Source: a virus (taxonomy: Duplodnaviria; Caudoviricetes). Taken from it: a DNA stretch of 40,666 bases. The notes below the pieces were generated by a model that saw only the letters and a list, made by a program, of their open reading frames with translations, was not told where the DNA came from and searched no databases. Positions 1-7,459 of this stretch are shown in pieces. Position 1 is the stretch's first letter. Each line of letters starts with the position of its first letter. The DNA is taken from positions 1-40,666 of IMG/VR virus record IMGVR_UViG_3300011335_000515. One strand, 5' to 3'. The position numbers and the translations under genes are program-made.

Positions 1-112
1 ATCATTGATCTTGGCAGCTGCGTTATTCATATGCTGCACTAACAATTCTTGGCCACTATGGGCTAAACGGCCGTTACTTAGGGCATCGTGTAAATCGCTA
101 CAGGCTGTATAA

Positions 113-1333
113 AACTCCGCACCCGACACCGCTCCAGCCCACTCCCGCCTATCCCCGTCTCACGCCTACCAGTGGACCGAATGCACCGCGTCCGTCGCCT
201 TCAAGGAGGCCAACGCCCACCGCCTGCCCAAGGACACGTCATCCGCTGCGTCCATCGAAGGGACCAAGGCCCACACGGTTTGCGAGAACATGGTGCGCGA
301 GGAGCCTACTCCCGCCTACGCCACGCCCGACATGATCCGCCATGGACGCGCCTACGCGGCCTACGTCCTTGCGCAGCGTGGCCCGAATCCCGTGGCGTGG
401 GGTATTGAGCACCGCGTCCGGTTGTTCTACTACCCCGCTCAACGTGGCACGGTGGACTTCTTCGCGCACAACGAGAACGGCGTGTTCGTCACCGACTACA
501 AGTATGGCTACGGCGAGGTGGCCTCCGAGAGCAACCGCCAGATGGCGAGCTACGCTCGCAGCATCATCGAGAGCACCCTCGACTGGGACATCCTGCCACC
601 CGAGACGCCCGTCACCATGACGATCTTCCAGCCTCGTCTGCCCGGCGACCCGCAGCCGTGGGTCATCTCCTACGGCGAGCTGGTTCAGTTCACCGAGGAC
701 ACGATCACGCCCTCCGCGAAGCTAATCCTCGCTGAACCCGCGTGGCCCGTTGGCTGGGACAAGGCCGAGCCGCCACCCGGTTCCTCCCTCAAGTTCTCCC
801 CATCCGACGCAACGTGTAAATTCTGCCCGGCTGCTGCCATCTGCGCAGCCCGTCACGCCAGCAAGAACGCTCTTATCCCCGAACTCGAAGACTTGCTGTT
901 CGGCACCGCCGACACCCTGCCTGCCGTAGTGTCCCTCGAACGGATGGTGTGGCTCATCAACAACCGCCACATTGCCGACGACTGGTTCGACTCCATGCAG
1001 AAGCACGTCGATGGCCTCGTCACCGAGGGGACCAAAGTGCCCGGTCGCAAGGTCGTCCTGTCCAAGGGCGCACACCGCAAGTGGACTGACCCCAAGGCAG
1101 CAGGCGAACTGCTCATGGCGCTCGGCGTCCCACGCGAGGAAATCTACAGCGAGGAGATCGCCACCCCGGCGCAGGCTGAGAAGATGTTCTCTGACCGCAC
1201 CAGCGACAACGCGCTCGCCCTGTTCAAGCTCATCACCAAACCGCCCGGCTCGCCCATCGTGGTGCCGGAGAGCGACCCACGACCCGAGATTGCGGTGAGT
1301 GAGGACGCGGTGAACATGATCCTTGACACCTGA
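113..1333 (+). CDS. Cas4-like PD-(D/E)XK exonuclease (DUF2800 family); 5' end lacks a start codon
   Basis: The frame is open from 113, upstream of the tracked ATG at 290, and reads AHSRLSPSHAYQWTECTAS...EGTKAH, the usual DUF2800 N-terminus. It also has GTVDF..TDYKYG..QMASYA nuclease motifs and a CKFCPAAAIC Cys cluster, and sits next to SSB and polA. Confidence 0.85.
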   Translation, partial: NSAPDTAPAHSRLSPSHAYQWTECTASVAFKEANAHRLPKDTSSAASIEGTKAHTVCENMVREEPTPAYATPDMIRHGRAYAAYVLAQRGPNPVAWGIEHRVRLFYYPAQRGTVDFFAHNENGVFVTDYKYGYGEVASESNRQMASYARSIIESTLDWDILPPETPVTMTIFQPRLPGDPQPWVISYGELVQFTEDTITPSAKLILAEPAWPVGWDKAEPPPGSSLKFSPSDATCKFCPAAAICAARHASKNALIPELEDLLFGTADTLPAVVSLERMVWLINNRHIADDWFDSMQKHVDGLVTEGTKVPGRKVVLSKGAHRKWTDPKAAGELLMALGVPREEIYSEEIATPAQAEKMFSDRTSDNALALFKLITKPPGSPIVVPESDPRPEIAVSEDAVNMILDT

Positions 1334-1392
1334 AACACTTTGCCTTAGAAGCACAACGCCACGAGGCACTACACACAAACCGAAAACACACC

Positions 1393-1992
1393 ATGAGCGC
1401 ACCTAAAACACTGGGCCAGATCGCCCTCCGCAACGTCCTCCTCACCTACGTTCACGTCGATAAGCCGTGGGCCAAGCAGGGTGATCCCGCCGACAAGGCC
1501 AAGTATTCCTTGACCCCCGTCATCCCGAAGAACCACCCGCAGGCTGCCGCGTTGCAGGCTGCCGCCAACGAGGTCGCCGCTGCCAAGTGGGGCGACAAGC
1601 TGAACAAGAGCGTGTTCCCCACGTTCTGCGTTCGCGACACCGACCTCCCCACTGAGGCGAAACACCGCGCCAAGGATGGCTTTGGCTCCGGCAAGTTGTT
1701 CTTCAACGCTTCCCGTCAGCCGAAGGATGGTCCTCCCGCCGTCCGCCACGCCTCTACCGGAGCTGCCGTGCAACTGAGTCCCCTGATCAACCCCGACGTT
1801 TACCCATACTCCGGTGCGACCGGCGATGTGGTCGTCAAGTTCTGGGCGCAGGACAACGTCCACGGGCAAAAAGTCAACTGCGAGCTGGTGGCCGTCGTTA
1901 AGACTGGTGATGGCGACAAGCTGGCTGGCGGTGGCACCGATGCCGAGTCCGCTGTTGGCGACCTCCTCGCAGCCCCAGCAGAGGAAGTCTGA
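1393..1992 (+). CDS. Phage single-stranded DNA-binding protein (DUF2815 / T7 gp2.5-like)
   Basis: Motifs NVLLTYVHV..KYSLT..YSG..FWAQDN..GQKVNCELVAV..DGDKL, an acidic C-terminal tail, and a position between DUF2800 and polA. Confidence 0.85.
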   Translation: MSAPKTLGQIALRNVLLTYVHVDKPWAKQGDPADKAKYSLTPVIPKNHPQAAALQAAANEVAAAKWGDKLNKSVFPTFCVRDTDLPTEAKHRAKDGFGSGKLFFNASRQPKDGPPAVRHASTGAAVQLSPLINPDVYPYSGATGDVVVKFWAQDNVHGQKVNCELVAVVKTGDGDKLAGGGTDAESAVGDLLAAPAEEV

Positions 1993-2002
1993 TGCAAGTT
2001 AC

Positions 2003-2038
2003 GGTGACGCCCTTCGCGGGGCGTCGCCTTTTCCTTTT
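2003..2038 (+). terminator. Rho-independent terminator after SSB
   Basis: GC-rich stem GGTGACGCCC...GGGCGTCGCC followed by TTTTCCTTTT, 10 nt after the SSB stop. Confidence 0.85.
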
Positions 2039-2055
2039 CACAACACCCCACTACC

Positions 2056-2286
2056 ATGCCAAAGAAAGCACCTAATCTGTCAGTCGGTCGCGGCGAGAAG
2101 TTATCCGTTGCCCAAGGTAGCGGTCTGTCCGCGAAGGGTCGAGCGAAATACAACGCCGCCACCGGGTCGAACCTGAAAGCGCCCACCAAGGACAAGGACA
2201 ACCCGCGACACAAGAGCTTCTGCGCACGTTCTCGCGGGTGGACCGGCGAGCGTGGTAAATCCGCCCGCGAGCGGTGGGGGTGCTGA
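2056..2286 (+). CDS. Small basic phage protein (KSFCAR...W-x-C type)
   Basis: 76 aa, Lys/Arg-rich, with GLSAKGRAKYN..NLKAP..RHKSFCARS..RWGC. It resembles small proteins common in aquatic phages and has the C/A-rich leader seen on other genes here. Confidence 0.75.
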   Translation: MPKKAPNLSVGRGEKLSVAQGSGLSAKGRAKYNAATGSNLKAPTKDKDNPRHKSFCARSRGWTGERGKSARERWGC

Positions 2287-2402
2287 CCCTTCGATAAGCC
2301 AAGAGAGTCGTGCCAAGGGGTCCATTGGTATCTCCTACTTTAGCGTAGCCGCCAGCCTGCGTGGTATCCTTGGCGCTGGCAACCCTTTCACACTGACACA
2401 CG

Positions 2403-5400
2403 ATGCCTGATACCTTTCATTTGGACCTAGAAACTCGATCCCTCGCCGACCTGACAGTCGTTGGCGGCTGGCACTACGCACGACACCCGAGCACCGAGAT
2501 TCTGTGCGCAGCGATCCGGCGCAACAGCGAACCCACCCTCGTCTGGTCCCCCATCGAAGGGTTCGGTGATCCCGGCGCAGAGCAACTGCTCCGCGAGATG
2601 CTGGCCGACGACGGCCCCGTTTACGCCCACAACGCCACCGGCTTCGAGGTGCCCATGACTGAGCACGTTCTCACGCGCATGGGCTTCCCCACCATTGAGC
2701 GCACACGCTGGCGCTGCACGGCCACGATGGCACGGAGGGCGAACATACCTCCCTCGTTGGAGAAGGCAGCCGAGGCGCTTCGATTGAAGAATCAGAAGGA
2801 CAAGGGTGGCTCTGCCCTCATCAGGCTGTTCAGCATCCCGCGCAAGGACGGCGGGTTCAACGATCCTCGCGATCACCCCGAGCAGTTCCGCGCCTTCCTC
2901 GAATACTGCCGACAGGACGTGCTGACCGAGTGTGACATTGCCGAGGCGCTCAAGCACTTCGAGTTGAAGGGTTGGCTCCTCGACATCTTCCACGAGGACA
3001 TCAACATCAATGGACGCGGCATGCCAGTGAACCTCGACGGGCTGCGCAAAGCACAGGCCCTCATCGAAGCGGAGAAGGGTCCAGCGTTCGAGGAGTTCAG
3101 GCAACTGACCGGCCTCAACCCGACGCAGAACGCCGCGCTTCGAGGGTGGTTCGCCAGCAACGGGATGCCCCTCGACAACTTGCAAGCGGACACGCTGGCC
3201 GCGCTCGAAGTCGATCCGACCACCACACCCGGCAGAGCGATTGCATTGTTGCAGAAGCTCGGCTTCGCGGCGGTGGAGAAGGTGGACAAGATGCTCGAAT
3301 GCGCCGGACCTGATGACAACTTCATCCGGGGGTCTTTTCAATTTTACGGTGCTCAGTCAACGGCTCGATACAGCGCCAAGCTCCATCAGCCTCAGAATTT
3401 CAAAACGCCTGAACCTTGGGCAGAAGAGATGACTGACGACATCTATCGCCACATCTGCGAAGGATGGAGCAAAGGGCAACTCGAAGCATGGTATGAGCGA
3501 GGCCCGATTGAACTTGTCGCGCAGTGCATTCGCCACTTCATCCACGACGCGCAAGGCCCAATGCTGTCGGCTGACTACTCAGCGATTGAAGCTCGTGTGC
3601 TGGCGTGGCTGGCCGGTGAAGAGTGGAGACTCGAAGTGTTCCGCACTCACGGGCAAATCTACGAAGCTGGTGCTGCTGCCATGTTCGGAATGACGATGCA
3701 GGAGTTCTGGGACCACAAGAAGCGCACTGGCAAGCACCACCCCATGCGGAAGAAGGGCAAGGTCGCAGAGCTTGCGTGTATAGCCGAGGGGCAGCTCGTG
3801 CTCACGGATCGCGGCCTTGTGCCCATCGAAGAGGTGACGATTCAGCATCTAGTATGGGATGGAGAATCGCTTGTCAGCCACGGGGGCGTGGTGTATCAGG
3901 GTATTAAGGAAGTCATAACCTATGAGACACTCACCGCCACACCCGATCACATCGTATGGACAGAGCAAGGGCAAATGCAGCTCGCTGACGCCGCCGCCAG
4001 CGGATCACGTCTCATACAGTCAGGAGCAGGTGGGAAAGCAGTATGGCTGGGTAAAGATTATAGATCCCGAGAGGCGTTACCAGAAGGGCTGGTCAGCGGT
4101 GTATGTGAAGACTCGTTGCATGGGATGCCATCGCGAAGCGTGGCAGTATCTAGCCAACCTCACGTCGGGAAAATCGAAGGGGTGTCAGCGTTGCTCCCAA
4201 CCGCGTCGAACGCCGAAGTGGCTGGATCGGAGGGTCACTGCGATGAGGGCGAGATGTACGAACCCGAAGGATGCGGGCTACCACAATTACGGCGGGCGGG
4301 GGATCGAGTTCCGGTTTCCGTCAGTCCTATCGGGCTGCTTGTGGATTCAGGAAAACCTCGGGCTACATCGGAGCATGGAGCTGGACCGGATCAACAACGA
4401 CGGGCACTACGAGCCGGGCAATCTTCGATACGCCACGAGATCGGGGCAAATGCGAAATGCCCGAACATCGAAGACAACTTGCTCCGACGAGGAGTGGGCG
4501 AAGGAGAAGAGTCCGTATGCTTACGTCACGACGATAAATCGCCTGCGAAAGGGTATCACGCGAGAGCAGCTAGTGAAGGACGCCTTCAAAGCTGTGAGGG
4601 ATCAAGCGAAGTGCTGGGCACAGATCGAGCAGCGCCTACGCGAGCGAGGACATACGACATCCTGAACTGCGGACCCCTCAACCGCTTCACCGTCTCCGGC
4701 GTTCTCGTCCACAACTGCGGCTACCAAGGCAGTGTCGGTGCCCTCGAAAAGATGGGCGCTCTCGACATGGGCCTTACGAAGGAGGAACTCCCGGCGCTGG
4801 TCAAGGCGTGGCGTGCTGCCAACCCCGCCATCACTGCGTTGTGGAGAGCCTGTGACAACGCCGCGAAGCAGGCCATTGAGCAGCCCGGCGTCTGGTTCGA
4901 CGTTCGCCTCGTCAAGATCGGAGTGTTCGCCGCAGCCGGTGCCCCCTACCTCTTTATCCGGCTGCCCAGTGGCCGGTGCCTGTGCTACCGCGATCCACGC
5001 ATGGAGTGGGTCCGCATCCCGAAGCCGAAGGACGAGACACCGGAGGAGGAAGCCGAGCGCATGGCACAGGTGTCTGACGACGGGCGCAAGGGCTACCGCT
5101 TTCAAATCACCCACTTTGGCCCCGGCTCGACAGCCGGTGGCGCGAGGTCAGCAGTGTGGGGAAGGGCCACTCTCTACGGCGGCAAGATCGTTGAGAACAT
5201 CACACAAGCCGTGGCCTTCGACCTCATGGCAAACGGCACCCTCGTCGCCGCTCGCAAGGGCTACCGCATCTACTCGCTCATCCACGACGAGGCCATGGCC
5301 GCGTGGGATGACAGAGCCACTCAGAGCATCGAAGACTTCCAGCGTTGCCTTGAGACCGCCCCCGCGTGGGCCGCTGGCCTGCCGCTCGGCACTAGTGGTG

Positions 5401-5426
5401 AGGTGGTTCCTTATTATCGCAAATAG
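2403..5426 (+). CDS. polA: Family A DNA polymerase with 3'-5' exonuclease domain, interrupted by an intein (694 aa after splicing)
   Basis: ExoI DLET, motif A SADYSAIEARVLAWLAGE, motif B RKKGKVAELA/CGYQG split by the intein, and motif C IHDE. Confidence 0.95.
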   Translation: MPDTFHLDLETRSLADLTVVGGWHYARHPSTEILCAAIRRNSEPTLVWSPIEGFGDPGAEQLLREMLADDGPVYAHNATGFEVPMTEHVLTRMGFPTIERTRWRCTATMARRANIPPSLEKAAEALRLKNQKDKGGSALIRLFSIPRKDGGFNDPRDHPEQFRAFLEYCRQDVLTECDIAEALKHFELKGWLLDIFHEDININGRGMPVNLDGLRKAQALIEAEKGPAFEEFRQLTGLNPTQNAALRGWFASNGMPLDNLQADTLAALEVDPTTTPGRAIALLQKLGFAAVEKVDKMLECAGPDDNFIRGSFQFYGAQSTARYSAKLHQPQNFKTPEPWAEEMTDDIYRHICEGWSKGQLEAWYERGPIELVAQCIRHFIHDAQGPMLSADYSAIEARVLAWLAGEEWRLEVFRTHGQIYEAGAAAMFGMTMQEFWDHKKRTGKHHPMRKKGKVAELACIAEGQLVLTDRGLVPIEEVTIQHLVWDGESLVSHGGVVYQGIKEVITYETLTATPDHIVWTEQGQMQLADAAASGSRLIQSGAGGKAVWLGKDYRSREALPEGLVSGVCEDSLHGMPSRSVAVSSQPHVGKIEGVSALLPTASNAEVAGSEGHCDEGEMYEPEGCGLPQLRRAGDRVPVSVSPIGLLVDSGKPRATSEHGAGPDQQRRALRAGQSSIRHEIGANAKCPNIEDNLLRRGVGEGEESVCLRHDDKSPAKGYHARAASEGRLQSCEGSSEVLGTDRAAPTRARTYDILNCGPLNRFTVSGVLVHNCGYQGSVGALEKMGALDMGLTKEELPALVKAWRAANPAITALWRACDNAAKQAIEQPGVWFDVRLVKIGVFAAAGAPYLFIRLPSGRCLCYRDPRMEWVRIPKPKDETPEEEAERMAQVSDDGRKGYRFQITHFGPGSTAGGARSAVWGRATLYGGKIVENITQAVAFDLMANGTLVAARKGYRIYSLIHDEAMAAWDDRATQSIEDFQRCLETAPAWAAGLPLGTSGEVVPYYRK
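3777..4715 (+). mobile_element. Intein (313 aa) in DNA polymerase motif B
   Basis: Block A CIAEGQLVLTDRGLVPIEEV (Cys1 TGT at 3777), block B LTATPDHIVWT, block F TYDILNCGPLNRFTVSG, block G VLVHN (Asn ends at 4715), and +1 Cys at 4716. Removing it restores KVAELACGYQG. Confidence 0.95.
3922..4665 (+). CDS. HNH homing endonuclease encoded in the +1 frame inside the intein
   Basis: 247-aa ORF with GKQYGWVKI..RCMGC..GKSKGCQRC, MRARCTNPKDAGYHNYGGRGI and ELDRINNDGHYEPGNLRYAT..QMRN motifs. TAAGGA at 3905-3910 precedes the ATG. Confidence 0.9.
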   Translation: MRHSPPHPITSYGQSKGKCSSLTPPPADHVSYSQEQVGKQYGWVKIIDPERRYQKGWSAVYVKTRCMGCHREAWQYLANLTSGKSKGCQRCSQPRRTPKWLDRRVTAMRARCTNPKDAGYHNYGGRGIEFRFPSVLSGCLWIQENLGLHRSMELDRINNDGHYEPGNLRYATRSGQMRNARTSKTTCSDEEWAKEKSPYAYVTTINRLRKGITREQLVKDAFKAVRDQAKCWAQIEQRLRERGHTTS

Positions 5427-5429
5427 TGA

Positions 5430-5457
5430 TTGACGATACCGCAGTTTGGGGTAGGGT
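5430..5457 (+). promoter_or_regulatory. Putative sigma70-like promoter
   Basis: TTGACG-16 nt-TAGGGT, 8 nt before ATG 5466. It contains the recurring TTGACGATACCGC motif. Confidence 0.5.
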
Positions 5458-5465
5458 GCCTCACC

Positions 5466-5990
5466 ATGACCGACATAATGCTAGACCTCGAAACCCTCGG
5501 CACGCGCCCCGGCAGTGTGATACTCACGATTGGCGCGGTGCGCTTCGATGAGAACGGAACTTATGAATCCTTCTACTCCTCCATATCACGCAAGGACTCT
5601 GAACGCTATGGGTTGCGCGTTGACCCGGACACGGAGGCATGGTGGATGGATCAAGGGCGGCAGGCCATTGACGAGGCTTTCTCCGGCACCGAGCACCCAG
5701 TCATAGCTCTCGACAAGCTCGCAAAATGGTTGCCGGATTATGGCGATGCCCGCGTCTGGGGCAACGGCTCCGACTTCGACAACGCGCTGTTGGCAGAAGC
5801 CTACGCGGTTGTCGGCATGAATCTGCCGTGGTCGTTTACCGGCAACCGCTGCTACCGCACGGTCAAGAACCTGTTCCCCGGCGTCACTGTTTCTTCTGTC
5901 GGGGTGCAGCACAACGCGCTCGACGACGCCACCTATCAGGCCAATCACCTCATCGCCATTTGTAAACAGCACAACCTGACACTCGCATGA
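5466..5990 (+). CDS. DEDDh 3'-5' exonuclease (RNase T/DnaQ-like)
   Basis: Motifs IMLDLETLG..ILTIGAV, VWGNGSDFDNALL, RCYRT and HNALDDATYQA. ATG 5466 is preferred over TTG 5430. Confidence 0.9.
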   Translation: MTDIMLDLETLGTRPGSVILTIGAVRFDENGTYESFYSSISRKDSERYGLRVDPDTEAWWMDQGRQAIDEAFSGTEHPVIALDKLAKWLPDYGDARVWGNGSDFDNALLAEAYAVVGMNLPWSFTGNRCYRTVKNLFPGVTVSSVGVQHNALDDATYQANHLIAICKQHNLTLA

Positions 5991-6307
5991 CCCCCACCCC
6001 CCTAGAACGTGACATCGAGAAACGAATCGCGACTTACGCCCGAAGCAAGGGATGCCTGTTCGAGAAGTTCGTGTCTCCAGCCAAGCGTGGCGTCGCCGAC
6101 CGCGTCATCATTGCACCGGGCGGCGCTGTCGGCTGGCTCGAAGTCAAGCGGCCCGGTGGCAAGCCGACCGTGCTCCAGCATGAGCGCATGGACGAGAAGC
6201 GGAAGCTAGGCTGCATCGTCGCATGGTGCGACAACGTGGCTGACGGGCGCAAGTTTGTGGACTCGTTGATCGCCGCCGGGAAACTCTCAACCCTACAAAC
6301 TGTATGA
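5987..6307 (+). CDS. VRR-NUC domain nuclease
   Basis: LERDIEK..KFVSPAKRGVADR..WLEVKRPGGKPTVLQ; ATGA overlap with the upstream gene. Confidence 0.9.
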   Translation: MTPTPLERDIEKRIATYARSKGCLFEKFVSPAKRGVADRVIIAPGGAVGWLEVKRPGGKPTVLQHERMDEKRKLGCIVAWCDNVADGRKFVDSLIAAGKLSTLQTV

Positions 6308-6714
6308 CCGACGAAGAAATCAGGATAGCGATATCCAAACATCTAGGCTGGCGCTTTGCTGGCGACGCCGAGTTCGACGAGTACACGAAAAACTGGGGAA
6401 GCGCCGACAAGTGGTGCGCTCCGCCGGGGACAGACTTCACTAAGTGGAAGCCGGAGTACCCGTTGGTGGACCGCCCTCACCTTGTTTTCACCCACGGAAT
6501 CCCGCGCTACACCGAGTGCCTGAGCGCGATGCACGAGGCTTTTTGTAGCATGGACCCGTGGCTGCAAATCGACTTCTCCAAGAACCTGCTGTCGGTGTAC
6601 CGCAACAGGACGGGCACCGAGCGCACTGGTGCAGCGGTTGTCGATTTCTTGCACGCCGACGCCAGTCACTGGGCGGAGGCTTTCCTCCGAACCCTCAACC
6701 TGTGGAAGGACTGA
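6304..6714 (+). CDS. Hypothetical phage protein
   Basis: ATGA-coupled 136-aa ORF with a MTDEEIRIAI..LGW..IPRY..AMHEA..AEAFLRTLNLW pattern typical of small phage accessory proteins. Confidence 0.75.
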   Translation: MTDEEIRIAISKHLGWRFAGDAEFDEYTKNWGSADKWCAPPGTDFTKWKPEYPLVDRPHLVFTHGIPRYTECLSAMHEAFCSMDPWLQIDFSKNLLSVYRNRTGTERTGAAVVDFLHADASHWAEAFLRTLNLWKD

Positions 6715-6716
6715 CC

Positions 6717-6962
6717 ATGCCCCTGCTCACCAAAACCGAATATGCTGTTCTCACTCGCGCTGAATCCGAAGCCAAGGCTGCCCTTGGCATGCACACCGGA
6801 GGGCCGCACGAGCAAGAGTATCGCGACTTCCTGAAATCCCTCCGGCGTGTCATGCTCAAAGTGAAGCATGGAGACAGCATGCACGAGAAGATCGTTCGCC
6901 TGCGGAGGGCGGTACGCAAGCTAGGGATTCCTTTTGACTCGACCGACCCAATGCCCCGATGA
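6717..6962 (+). CDS. Hypothetical protein
   Basis: ATG 6717 (MPLLTKTEY) lies 2 nt after the previous stop and its stop overlaps the next start. Confidence 0.65.
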   Translation: MPLLTKTEYAVLTRAESEAKAALGMHTGGPHEQEYRDFLKSLRRVMLKVKHGDSMHEKIVRLRRAVRKLGIPFDSTDPMPR

Positions 6963-7438
6963 TCCGCCTCAAGCAAACCCTGCGCCCCGGTGTCTGCCGC
7001 GCCTACCGCTGCACCGCGAAGCCGCGCAACATCGCCACGCACCCCACGTCCACGCAACTGTGCGGCTCGTGCTACAAGGCGCAGTGGCGTGCGGCGAACC
7101 CGGAGCGTGCGGCGTTCGGCATCCAGCGTGACCACGCCCGCGCACGTCGCATCCCGTTCACCCTGACGTTCGAGCAGTGGTGGGCGGTGGTCGAGACGAC
7201 CGGCTACATGGATGGGAGGGGCAGGTTGAGACACTGCCTCCACGTTGATCGCCTTGACCCATCGAAGGGCTACGAGGTGGGCAACATCCGCGTCATCACC
7301 GCTGCCGAGAACACTGCGAGGGACAACAACCGTCGCCGCTACGTCGATGCCAAGATCGCCGCGTGGCGGGAGGCCCACGACGCGGATGACTCGGGGCTTG
7401 AATGCACGGACACCGACGAAGACGAGAACCCTTTCTAA
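6959..7438 (+). CDS. HNH-type endonuclease with N-terminal Cys motif
   Basis: CRAYRC..LCGSC, ARARRIPFTLTFEQW and LHVDRLDPSKGYEVGNIRVITAAEN. Confidence 0.8.
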   Translation: MIRLKQTLRPGVCRAYRCTAKPRNIATHPTSTQLCGSCYKAQWRAANPERAAFGIQRDHARARRIPFTLTFEQWWAVVETTGYMDGRGRLRHCLHVDRLDPSKGYEVGNIRVITAAENTARDNNRRRYVDAKIAAWREAHDADDSGLECTDTDEDENPF

Positions 7439-7459
7439 TGACCAACGAACCCCAACACC

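Noticed and set aside
113-1333. Cas4-like gene as a sign of a CRISPR-Cas system
   Set aside because: No repeat-spacer array or other cas genes are visible; DUF2800 nucleases are ordinary phage replication genes.
3922-4665. Group I intron or frameshift error as the explanation for the out-of-frame HNH
   Set aside because: There is no non-coding room for a ribozyme core, the intein blocks directly flank the HNH, and both frames are intact. Read and RNA data are still needed to exclude it fully.
4732-5433. 233-aa +1-frame ORF over the polymerase C-terminus
   Set aside because: It is a Ser/Arg/Pro-rich shadow translation with no motifs, unlike the nested HNH. It does show that long alternative frames can arise by chance here.
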